From Fibrobacterota bacterium (lineage in GTDB: Bacteria; Fibrobacterota; Chitinivibrionia; Chitinivibrionales; Chitinispirillaceae), in the NCBI GenBank assembly GCA_003164335.1, contig PLTF01000052.1:9932-73931 (forward strand): 64,000 bases of DNA, read 5' to 3'. The notes under the pieces were generated by a model that worked only from the letters and a program-made list of their open reading frames with translations, was not told where the DNA came from and ran no database searches. A program made the translations under genes and the position numbers. Of the stretch, positions 50,123-58,090 are shown in pieces; position 1 is the stretch's first letter; every line of letters starts with the position of its first letter.

Positions 50123-52024
50123 ATGGGAAACGCATCTAAACTTCCGAAAAAAGTTCCTCCTCTCTACAAGGCATTCTTTTCTTTCCTCGGTATCGGATCA
50201 CTCGCATGGTTCCTTATCAGGGTCATTCCAAAGCCCAGCCGTGCCTCCTATCCCTGCATGCGCATCGCCGCGCCCATAGCGTCAACCTTTGTCCTCTGGC
50301 TTCTCGGCATCGGAACTTCATTCCTTTTCTTGAAACGGGCGCTCGAATATGTTCGTCGATCTCGCTATATCCTTGCCCTGGCTGCTCTCGCGACCGGCGG
50401 CATCGCCGGGGGGGCCTTTCTTTCCACGCCTCATTCCCGGGCTTATGCCACGGTGACCCCGAATGCACCGGTCGGCACCGCGAAGGGTGCGAAGCCGGGG
50501 AGGGTGGTGTGGGTATATGATTCCGCAGCCTCCAATTGGCTGGGAATCGGAAACGGTCACTGGTGGCTCCATACGAATCAACGGGTCGTCGACACCATGC
50601 TGTCGCATACGCTATGCCAGCTCAGCGGCAAAACGAAGGATTCGGCTGCGTGGGATACCCTGTTCCGCTATTTCAATGCTCAACATGGCCGGGGCGGCAA
50701 AGGCTATACAAAAGGAGAGAAAATCGCCGTCAAGGTGAATATGACAATGGGAAGTCATAACCCGAGCTGGTGCAATGTCGATACAACGACCTATTCCCTC
50801 ACGAAAGAACTTGATTTTGTGGAAACTTCACCGCAGGTCGTGCGCGCACTGCTTCAGGAGCTTGTCAATGTCGTGGGGGCCAACCAGGCCGATATCTCGA
50901 TCGGGGACCCGTCGGCGTATTACCCCAATGAATTTTACGACTCCTGCCATACTGCATTTCCTAATGTTCATTACGTCGATTACGGCGGCAAATTCGGACG
51001 TACCAGGGTGACCTTTTCCGATACGCCTTTTTACTGGAGTTGCAGGCCGACCGGCGTGATGCAGGATTTCGTACCTGCCCACTATGTTCAGGCGACGTAC
51101 GTCATCAACGTGGGGCCCATGAAGTCGCATATGGGAGCGGGAATAACCATTTGTGCGAAGAATAATTACGGATCCCTGATCCGCCTGCCGACCGACAGCG
51201 GCTATTACAGTCTGCACCAGACTTTGGCCTACGTCGACTCCCCGATGGGGCAATACCGTGCCGTGGTCGATCTCATGGGAGAGAGGCATATAGGGGGAAA
51301 GACGCTCCTGTATCTCGTCGATGGAATTTATGAACAAAATCACAATACCGATACCGCGCCGCATAAATGGGCTGCGCCGCCGTTTAACGGAGGCTGGACC
51401 TGCAGCCTTTTTGCCTCGCAGGACCCGGTGGCTATTGAATGTGTGCTCTTCGACCTGCTCCAGCTCGACAGCGATCCCTATAAATATCCGGCGATTCCGG
51501 GAGCTCCCGACTATCTCAATGAGGCGGCACAGGCGAATAATCCCCCTTCCGGCACTTTTTACGATCCGAACCATGCCATCGCAACGTCCCGGCTTGCAAA
51601 TCTCGGCGTCTGCGAGCACTGGGATAACAGCACCGACCGGAAATATTCCCGCAACCTGAGCACTTCCGGCGCCGGCATCGAACTCATTTACCTTCACGAA
51701 CTGACCGCCGTGAGGTCCGCAAGCCTTGCCGGTGCCGCCCATCCGGGATTCTCTCTCCAGGAGGTGCCCGGTATGTCGATGGTGCAATTTTCAATCCCGG
51801 CGGGAGGCCAGGTCAGCCTGGTCCTTCTTGATATGAGAGGCAAGGTGGCGGAGAAGCTGGTCGAGGCTGCAATGACCGCCGGGATGCATCGGGTGAGCCT
51901 GATAGAGGTCGGAGCGAAGCGGCGAAATCCCGCATCCGGAAACTATATCGCTGCTCTTTACAGTAAAGAAGGCGGATCGTCGAAACTCGTTTCGACCTGC
52001 CCGGTGAATTTAGTGAGGAAATAG
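50123..52024 (+). CDS. DUF362-like domain protein with N-terminal hydrophobic segments and a T9SS type-A C-terminal sorting domain (hypothetical)
   Basis: IAVKVNMTMGSHNP and VINVGPMKSHMGAGITICAKNNYGSL resemble the DUF362 signature (KPNl... / K.H..aG.T.a.KN.fG), recalled from memory. Tail FSIPAGGQVSLVLLDMRGKV...GNYIAALYSK...VNLVRK. Start chosen at MGNASK, 6 nt after GGAG; the ORF track begins at 50087. Confidence 0.4.
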   Translation: MGNASKLPKKVPPLYKAFFSFLGIGSLAWFLIRVIPKPSRASYPCMRIAAPIASTFVLWLLGIGTSFLFLKRALEYVRRSRYILALAALATGGIAGGAFLSTPHSRAYATVTPNAPVGTAKGAKPGRVVWVYDSAASNWLGIGNGHWWLHTNQRVVDTMLSHTLCQLSGKTKDSAAWDTLFRYFNAQHGRGGKGYTKGEKIAVKVNMTMGSHNPSWCNVDTTTYSLTKELDFVETSPQVVRALLQELVNVVGANQADISIGDPSAYYPNEFYDSCHTAFPNVHYVDYGGKFGRTRVTFSDTPFYWSCRPTGVMQDFVPAHYVQATYVINVGPMKSHMGAGITICAKNNYGSLIRLPTDSGYYSLHQTLAYVDSPMGQYRAVVDLMGERHIGGKTLLYLVDGIYEQNHNTDTAPHKWAAPPFNGGWTCSLFASQDPVAIECVLFDLLQLDSDPYKYPAIPGAPDYLNEAAQANNPPSGTFYDPNHAIATSRLANLGVCEHWDNSTDRKYSRNLSTSGAGIELIYLHELTAVRSASLAGAAHPGFSLQEVPGMSMVQFSIPAGGQVSLVLLDMRGKVAEKLVEAAMTAGMHRVSLIEVGAKRRNPASGNYIAALYSKEGGSSKLVSTCPVNLVRK

Positions 52025-52342
52025 AAAATGAGAGGTTGTCCCGGGATTGGCGGCGGAAATAGCTTGCCAAGGAAATCCCTCAAGGAGAACCTCCCAATTG
52101 TGGGTGGCCGCTGCCCTGGATGTCCCGGTTTCGAGAATTGACGACGCAAAAGCGCTCCCGTTGTTGAAAATCAAGTAACGGGGAAGCCTGCTCATTACCA
52201 CGGTAAATAGGTGGGGCGTGAGAGCGAGGTACTGATTTCCAGCGACAAATTACAGGTTATTAAATATTTCAAGCCATAACTGCCTTGGAATGCCCGTAAT
52301 TTTGATGAATGACCTCGTAACGGAAATCGAAAGGAGTCGTGT

Positions 52343-52612
52343 ATGATGAAGTTTCGATACATCATGGGTATTGCGCTCATAGTCGCTTGCCTGGCACTCC
52401 CGACATTCAGCCAGACAAACAGGGATGCGGGTTATCCGCATGATAGCGTTTTTTTGAATGATGGGCAGGTTGTCACGGGAGCCATTATCGAGGATCATCC
52501 TGGGTTAAATCCGAAATCCATGCTGAAAATCCAGATCGCCCCGAATCAGGTACGAATAATTCACTACAGCACCATAACCGTAATCAGGCGGGGTTCGAGG
52601 CCGGGTGGCTGA
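52343..52612 (+). CDS. Small secreted hypothetical protein (89 aa)
   Basis: Signal peptide MMKFRYIMGIALIVACLALPTFSQ. SD AAAGGAG upstream. No recognisable domain. Confidence 0.3.
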   Translation: MMKFRYIMGIALIVACLALPTFSQTNRDAGYPHDSVFLNDGQVVTGAIIEDHPGLNPKSMLKIQIAPNQVRIIHYSTITVIRRGSRPGG

Positions 52613-52669
52613 TAGTGGCCAAAATCCGGCTTCGAGATCCTTCCGCGGCATTCTATCCGCTTTAAAGAC

Positions 52670-52760
52670 AGAGGGGATTGAAGCTCCCCGAAGCAGCCTG
52701 CCATCTTCTATAAGACAGGAAATATTTTTTAATTCGCTCGCTGTGCCTGTTCAAAAACCC
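52670..52760 (+). repeat. Dispersed repeat family B, copy D (second hairpin arm deleted), in the leader of the GyrI-like gene
   Basis: GATTGAAGCTCCCCGAAGCAG--CCTGCCATCTTCTATAAGACAGGAAATATTTTTTAATTCGCTCGCTGTGCCTGTTCAAAAA. Confidence 0.55.
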
Positions 52761-52785
52761 CCGCATTTTGGTTCAAGGAGGAATA

Positions 52786-53244
52786 ATGAATCTTACCGAA
52801 AAACCCGACTTCGTGACATGGCCTGAGATTCAGTATGTTTACATTGAGAAGATCGGGCAGTTCTCCGATACTGCGCCCGGGGCGTGGGAAAGCCTGTTCA
52901 AACTCGTCCCGGAAATCTCGAAAAACAATACGATAACCGGATACCTTACCCTTTACAAAATTAAACCGGCAATGATTTATCGCGCCGGAGTATCGGTTGC
53001 CGCGCCGCCCGCCAAATTGCCTGAGGGGATCGAGTACACCATTTTCAAAGGGGGCACGTACTGTCGTTTTGTCCTGACTGGACCTTATTCCGACCTTCCA
53101 GAGGCGTCAGGAAGAGTATTCGACCTTGTTGCGGCAAGGAATATCAAGATGCGGGACGATTTCTTTATTGAAAATTATACAAGCGATCCTAAAACAACTC
53201 CAGAAGATAAATATGTGACGGAAATTTTTATTCCCCTCAAATAA
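52786..53244 (+). CDS. GyrI-like small-molecule-binding domain protein
   Basis: 153 aa. The pattern (IQYVYIEKIGQFSDTAPGAWESLFKL...YLTLY..., ...YRAGVSV..., FKGGTYCRFVLTGPYSDLPEASGRVFD) fits the duplicated GyrI/AraC-effector-binding fold. SD AAGGAGG. Confidence 0.55.
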   Translation: MNLTEKPDFVTWPEIQYVYIEKIGQFSDTAPGAWESLFKLVPEISKNNTITGYLTLYKIKPAMIYRAGVSVAAPPAKLPEGIEYTIFKGGTYCRFVLTGPYSDLPEASGRVFDLVAARNIKMRDDFFIENYTSDPKTTPEDKYVTEIFIPLK

Positions 53245-53306
53245 GCAAATCTTATCATCAATTGAAGGCCGCCTGATTTCCCGCTCCAAAAAACTGAACC
53301 TTAAAC

Positions 53307-53570
53307 TTAAACCGGAACCGCCTCTGAAAAGATTTCCTCCAGCGCCTCGATATTTCTGCTCTCGTCTCCGCCTTCAACGATGAGCTCCACTTCGCTGCCT
53401 TCGGGCGCGCCGAGTACCAGCAGCTCGATGATCGATGTTCCCTTTGCACGGGAGCTTCCGTTTCGTATGGTAACGACTGAATTGAGAGTCTTGCTCATAT
53501 TCGCTACTTTCGTAGCGATTCGTGCATGGAGACCATGCTCATTCAAAATTAATACCTTTTTGGACTTCAT
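53307..53570 (-). CDS. ptsH: Phosphocarrier protein HPr
   Basis: 87 aa. MKSKKVLILNEHGLHARIATKVANMS...RNGSSRAKGTSIIELLVLGAPEGSEVELIVEGGDESRNIEALEEI aligns with E. coli HPr, including the active His in (N/H)GLH(T/A)R. SD GGAGGAGG. The ORF track extends further upstream to 53669. Confidence 0.8.
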   Translation of the reverse strand: MKSKKVLILNEHGLHARIATKVANMSKTLNSVVTIRNGSSRAKGTSIIELLVLGAPEGSEVELIVEGGDESRNIEALEEIFSEAVPV

Positions 53571-53711
53571 TGGGCGAATCCTCCTCCCTCTTCTGTGAAC
53601 TTCCGGTCCCCTAAAAAATGAAAAGCCACTCCCTTCTTTCATTAGTGAATACGGTTTGTAGCCATGCAAAATTTATCGCGTAGCCTTAATTATGACAGTG
53701 GCGGGCGATTT

Positions 53712-53802
53712 TGCGATTGAAGATTCCCTGAAGCTCTGCTTCAGGGAATCTTCAAAAGGAGAGGAAATATTTGTAATGCGCTCGCTGTGCCTGTTCAGGG
53801 CC
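53712..53802 (+). repeat. Dispersed repeat family B, copy E, in the leader of the Cys-run protein gene
   Basis: GATTGAAGATTCCCTGAAGC-tct-GCTTCAGGGAATCTTCAAAAGGAGAGGAAATATTTGTAATGCGCTCGCTGTGCCTGTTCAGG. The 16-bp perfect hairpin is a covariant version of the CCCCGAAGC/GCTTCGGGG hairpin in copies B and C. Confidence 0.55.
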
Positions 53803-53890
53803 GATGCAATAAGTATCCCCTCATCCGCGAACTTTTCTTGATAACACAAATCGGGAATGGTATCTTTAGGTAGTGAGTCGCTCTCAACCT

Positions 53891-54310
53891 ATGAAAATTA
53901 TTGCCTTAATAACCATGCTCCTGATGGCAGGGACATCGCCGGGGTTTGCTGCGGCAATGTCATGCGAACAAGCTGCGCCATCAATCGGCAGTGCTGCCCA
54001 TCACCCCTGTTGCTGTTCCGGCAAGGCGTGCTGTTGCTGCATGGGCGGCATAAATACCAAGACGGAAACCGCATCCCACGCAGCAAATCATAAGGGAAGA
54101 TGTTCCAACCCTTTCTGCTGTGCTGCCCCTGCAGCTCCGGTTCAGGAGAGCGCGCTAATCATAGCGAGTCCGAACAGTTCGTTTCTTCCGGCCATCGTTC
54201 CCATTGCTTATGCTCCATGGGCCGGTATTCCCGGTCATGTTTGTGGAATTCAGGCTACCGCTCCTCCGCCGACCCCGCTGTCCCAGGCCCGCCCTCCTCT
54301 TCGCATTTGA
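53891..54310 (+). CDS. Small secreted cysteine-run protein (candidate periplasmic metal-binding protein)
   Basis: Signal peptide MKIIALITMLLMAGTSPGFAAA. The mature protein has HHPCCCSGKACCCCMGG and PFCCAAP Cys runs plus His and Met. It sits immediately upstream of the YHS-protein and cusCBA-like genes. Confidence 0.45.
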   Translation: MKIIALITMLLMAGTSPGFAAAMSCEQAAPSIGSAAHHPCCCSGKACCCCMGGINTKTETASHAANHKGRCSNPFCCAAPAAPVQESALIIASPNSSFLPAIVPIAYAPWAGIPGHVCGIQATAPPPTPLSQARPPLRI

Positions 54311-54476
54311 CAACTTCGCGGTTTCCGTGCTTCGGGTTGCGTGATTGGTTGCCTCGAATGTGCGCTATGCCGGTTTCATGATTATTGGTTAATTTATCGG
54401 TTACTATCGATCTTATTGTGTAAAATGGAATAGCGAGAGCTACACCTATTTAAACCCGTACTACTGGAGGTTTTCC

Positions 54477-54917
54477 ATGGCATTACCACTTTTTAGAGCA
54501 GTTCTCCCCATCCTTGCAGCAACCGTTGCCTTTGCCCAGACCCCTGCACCGAAAGCTTCCGCGTCGGGGGACACCATTGCCCAAAGGCATGATACTACCC
54601 TGCAGGCACCGGCGAAGAAGATCAAACAGCCCAAAGCCGCGGCAATCGTGAGGCTGAAGCCGCAATCGACCTGCCCGGTGCTCGGCGGCCCTATCAATAA
54701 GGATCTCTTTGTCGACTATCAGGGAAAGCGGATCTATGTTTGCTGCGCAGGTTGCATCGATGAGGTGAAAAAGGATCCGGCAAAATACATCGAAAAGCTC
54801 AGGAAGGCAGGGGAATCGGTTGCAGTAATCGACTCCGGGAAGGCGAAACAATCGCCCCAATCTTCGAACAAGGCCACCGGAACCAAAGATTCCGGCATGG
54901 GTACCATGAAGATGTGA
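54477..54917 (+). CDS. Secreted YHS-domain metal-binding protein
   Basis: Signal peptide present. TCPVLGGPINKDLFVDYQGKRIYVCCAGCIDEVKKDPAKYI matches the YHS motif (CPV.G..i...y..Y.G..YYFC...C...F..dP.kY). Confidence 0.55.
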   Translation: MALPLFRAVLPILAATVAFAQTPAPKASASGDTIAQRHDTTLQAPAKKIKQPKAAAIVRLKPQSTCPVLGGPINKDLFVDYQGKRIYVCCAGCIDEVKKDPAKYIEKLRKAGESVAVIDSGKAKQSPQSSNKATGTKDSGMGTMKM

Positions 54918-54940
54918 CCAATGCCGGGAAGGGAGGAATT

Positions 54941-56293
54941 ATGGATACAAGTGTCTTGCCGGTGACCTGTGCCGCAGAGCCTTTCATGACTATCCGTAAA
55001 ACGGCAGCGGGGCTATTGCTTTGCCTTGCGGTGCTGCTGGCGACTTCGTCTCAGGCGCAAACCATTGCCGGTTCCGACTCCGGCCTGGCGATTTTTACCG
55101 CGCGCCTCAAGGGGCTGGTTGCAGAAGTGCGGCTCAATAATCCGCAGATCAAGGCTGCGCTTAACCGGGTGGAGGCGGTGAAGGCTTCGATCGACTACGA
55201 AAAGAGCCTCGATCCACCGCAAGTTGCGGTCGAGTCCTATCAGACGCCGATTGCCTCCTTCCCCGATCCTCTCAAAAACTATCGGGAGATCGACTATTCG
55301 ATCCAGCAGATGCTGCCGTTTCCGGGTAAGCTCTCCTCCATGGCAGCATCGGCGGGCAGTCGCAGGGAGATGATCGGCCAGGATAGGCGTGCACTTGAAC
55401 AGAACCTGGTCCGGGAGGTCAAATCGGCGTTCTTTGAGCTCTACCTTATTGACCGACGGATGGAAATCATCGCCGATAACCGGACCATCATGAAGAGTTT
55501 CGTCGAAATCGCGCGCAAGCGGTACGAGGTGGGGATGGGTATGCAGTCCGATATCCTGCGCGGCCAGACCGAAATCTCGACCCTGGCCAGTGACGAGCTG
55601 GTACTCACCCAGGACAGGAAATCCGCCGAGGCAACGATCAATGCCCTTTGCAATGACGAGGCGGGACGGACCATACCCTTCATTCCCGCGATTCGACCGG
55701 TGCCGGCGAATTATAACCTGGATACCCTGGTACTCCTTGCCGTTGCAAACCGGCCGGAGTTCGCTTCCCTGCGCTTTGCAGTCAGCATGCAGCAGAACGA
55801 TCTTATCGCCGCCAGACGCGGGTTCCTCCCGGATTTCATGATTCGCGGAACGTACAAACAGATGAGCGGTTATCCGGACGACTGGGCGCTCATGGTCGGG
55901 GTATCGGTACCCATCGCCCCCTGGTCGTATGGAAAATATGCCGCCGCAGTAGATCGGGCCGGCTTTAGCGAGCAGGAGTCCCGGCGGGAGTATGAAAATA
56001 TGAAGAACATGGTTCTTTCGCAGGTGCAGGATGCGCTTGCCAGGGTAACGTCCGCACAGGAGCGGATCAGCCTTTACGCGATGACCGTAATTCCGCAAGC
56101 GCGCCAGACGCTGCAATCGACCGAGGATGCCTATCAGAGCGGTAAAATCGATTTCCTTACCCTCATCGATGCCCACCACCTCGTTCGCTCGTCGGAACAG
56201 GATTACCATATGGCGGTGGCGAACCTGCTTGCCGGGGAGGCGGATCTGGAAAGGGCGGTGGGGGTGAGTATCGAGGGACTGGGGGGGAGATAA
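54941..56293 (+). CDS. cusC: Outer-membrane efflux protein, TolC/CusC/CzcC family
   Basis: Signal peptide present. Two TolC-type helical repeats. Conserved C-terminal LTLIDAHHLVRSSEQDYHMAVANLLAGEADLERAVG. SD GGAGGAA. Confidence 0.75.
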   Translation: MDTSVLPVTCAAEPFMTIRKTAAGLLLCLAVLLATSSQAQTIAGSDSGLAIFTARLKGLVAEVRLNNPQIKAALNRVEAVKASIDYEKSLDPPQVAVESYQTPIASFPDPLKNYREIDYSIQQMLPFPGKLSSMAASAGSRREMIGQDRRALEQNLVREVKSAFFELYLIDRRMEIIADNRTIMKSFVEIARKRYEVGMGMQSDILRGQTEISTLASDELVLTQDRKSAEATINALCNDEAGRTIPFIPAIRPVPANYNLDTLVLLAVANRPEFASLRFAVSMQQNDLIAARRGFLPDFMIRGTYKQMSGYPDDWALMVGVSVPIAPWSYGKYAAAVDRAGFSEQESRREYENMKNMVLSQVQDALARVTSAQERISLYAMTVIPQARQTLQSTEDAYQSGKIDFLTLIDAHHLVRSSEQDYHMAVANLLAGEADLERAVGVSIEGLGGR

Positions 56294-56302
56294 TTACTAA
56301 TA

Positions 56303-56466
56303 AGTTCATAAGAATAATCTCATATGAGGACCGTTCGCCCTGAGCATGTCGAAGGGCGAGCAGCAATTCCGCACCGTTCATGGTTTGCTTCGACAAGCTC
56401 AGTACAGGGCTCGCTCACCACGAATGGGTGGATGTAACCTTACTTATGAACTGCTTAGTAAGAAGG
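56303..56466. repeat. Dispersed ~170-bp structured repeat (family A), copy 2, immediately after cusC
   Basis: TTCATAAGAATAATCTCATATGAGGACCGTTCGCCCTGAGCATGTCGAAGGGCGAGCAGCAATTCCGCACCGTTCATGGTTTGCTTCGACAAGCTCAGTACAGGGCTCGCTCACCACGAATGGGTGG...TTATGAACTGCTTAGTAAGAAGG. Carries a 14-bp insertion relative to copy 1. Confidence 0.6.
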
Positions 56467-56564
56467 ATGAAGACGATAAATTTTGATTGGTCAACCCCTG
56501 GGGGCGCAGTGCCTGCGCACTCTAAATCGAAAGGGCAATGAGGAGGCCCATTGGAGAAAAATCT

Positions 56565-58031
56565 ATGATAAATAAATTTACGATAATCGGGGCACTGCTC
56601 GGGCTTGCCGTTATCGGCGAAACGGGAGCACTGGTAATGCTGCATGAACTGCACCATCGTCAGGCGGCGACCGACCTTGCCGTCAAAAAAACCATCTATC
56701 ACTGCCCGATGCATCCGAACTACTTCTCCGATAAACCCGGCAATTGCCCGATTTGCGGTATGAAGCTTGTGCCGGTAAACGGTAGTGCGCCGGAATCAGG
56801 GGCCGGGGAAGCGGGGAGCCGGAAAATTCTGTACTATCGTGATGCCATGAACCCGTCGCACACCTCTTCCCATCCGGGCAAGGCCCCGGACGGCATGGAT
56901 ATGGTGCCTGTCTATGAGGACGAGGCGGGTGGTGAGCCGGGTATGGTAAAGATCGATCCGGCGGTCGTGCAGAATATCGGGGTCACGACCGAGACCGCAA
57001 CCGTTCGGGAACTCACGAAGGACATACGGGCATCGACCACCATCGAACTCAACGAGACGGCCATCAGCAACGTCAATACCAAGGTCATGGGGTGGGTCGA
57101 AAACCTGTATGTCGATTATACCGGCCAGCGGGTGGATAAGGGCCAGCCGCTGTTGACCATTTACAGCCCCGACCTTGTCAGCACGCAGGAGGAGTATCTT
57201 CAGACCCTGCAGTACCGGAACAATCTCTCTGCGGGATCTTCCGAGGCCGGGCGGGGGGCGCTTGACCTGGTCGAGAGCAGCAGGCGCCGCCTCCGTAACT
57301 GGGACATTTCCGAAGCGCAAATCGATGCTATAGCGAAGAGCGGAATCCCGCAGAAGACGATGACCATCTATTCGCCGGCCGGGGGCGTTGTGCTCGAGAA
57401 AATGGTGCAGGCCGGCCAGAACGTAACCCCGGGCATGGAGCTCTACAAAATCGGGAATCTCTCAACCGTCTGGGCAATTGCCAGGGTCTACCAGGAAGAT
57501 CTGCCGTTTATTCACCTCGGGGCCAATGCGGTGATCGATGTGCCTTCCGCAATTGGAAAGGAGTTCTCCGGCAAGGTCGAATTCATTGCACCGGTTCTCG
57601 ATGCGGCCACAAGGACCGCGGAGGTGCGCATCGGCATCCGGAATACTCCGGATTTTTCGCTGAAACCGCAGATGTTTGTCAATGTACAGATCTCCTCTGC
57701 CGCCGCGCTCAAGGCGCTCTGCGTTTCGGAGCAGGCAATATTGCATACCGGGAAACGGGACGTGGTCATTATCGCGCTGGGCAACGGCTTATTTAGGCCG
57801 CAGGAACTAAGGCTCGGCGTGAGCGCAAACGGCTTTACGCAGGTACTCTCAGGGCTCACGGCCGGGCAGACCATTGTCACTTCATCGCAATTCCTGATCG
57901 ATGCCGAATCGAACCTTAGGCAGGCGGTCGGGCAGATGAGCGGAATGGAAATGCCCATGCAGGGAGCTCCGGGATCGGGCAAAGCCGCGCCGGTGAAAAA
58001 GGAACAGGATGGGAGCGGCATGACGAATTAG
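56565..58031 (+). CDS. cusB: RND efflux periplasmic adaptor (CusB/CzcB, HlyD family) with an N-terminal heavy-metal-binding domain
   Basis: IYHCPMHPNYFSDKPGNCPICGMKLVP is an HMBD CPMHP motif. The rest has MFP hallmarks: the biotinyl-lipoyl-like segment TIYSPDLVSTQEEYL and a beta-barrel region. Confidence 0.75.
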   Translation: MINKFTIIGALLGLAVIGETGALVMLHELHHRQAATDLAVKKTIYHCPMHPNYFSDKPGNCPICGMKLVPVNGSAPESGAGEAGSRKILYYRDAMNPSHTSSHPGKAPDGMDMVPVYEDEAGGEPGMVKIDPAVVQNIGVTTETATVRELTKDIRASTTIELNETAISNVNTKVMGWVENLYVDYTGQRVDKGQPLLTIYSPDLVSTQEEYLQTLQYRNNLSAGSSEAGRGALDLVESSRRRLRNWDISEAQIDAIAKSGIPQKTMTIYSPAGGVVLEKMVQAGQNVTPGMELYKIGNLSTVWAIARVYQEDLPFIHLGANAVIDVPSAIGKEFSGKVEFIAPVLDAATRTAEVRIGIRNTPDFSLKPQMFVNVQISSAAALKALCVSEQAILHTGKRDVVIIALGNGLFRPQELRLGVSANGFTQVLSGLTAGQTIVTSSQFLIDAESNLRQAVGQMSGMEMPMQGAPGSGKAAPVKKEQDGSGMTN

Positions 58032-58090
58032 TAACTCCCTACCATTCGCACCAGTTTGCTTTTGGGAATCAAGCCTGAGGGAAAAAGAAA

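Noticed and set aside
55013-56209. 398-aa minus-strand ORF
   Set aside because: It is antisense to cusC. It is Arg/Gly-rich with no recognisable motifs and is a shadow ORF.
56163-56396. 77-aa ORF containing LLLALRHAQGERSSYEIILMNL
   Set aside because: It is a translation of repeat family A copy 2, the same pseudo-peptide as at 7955-8038.
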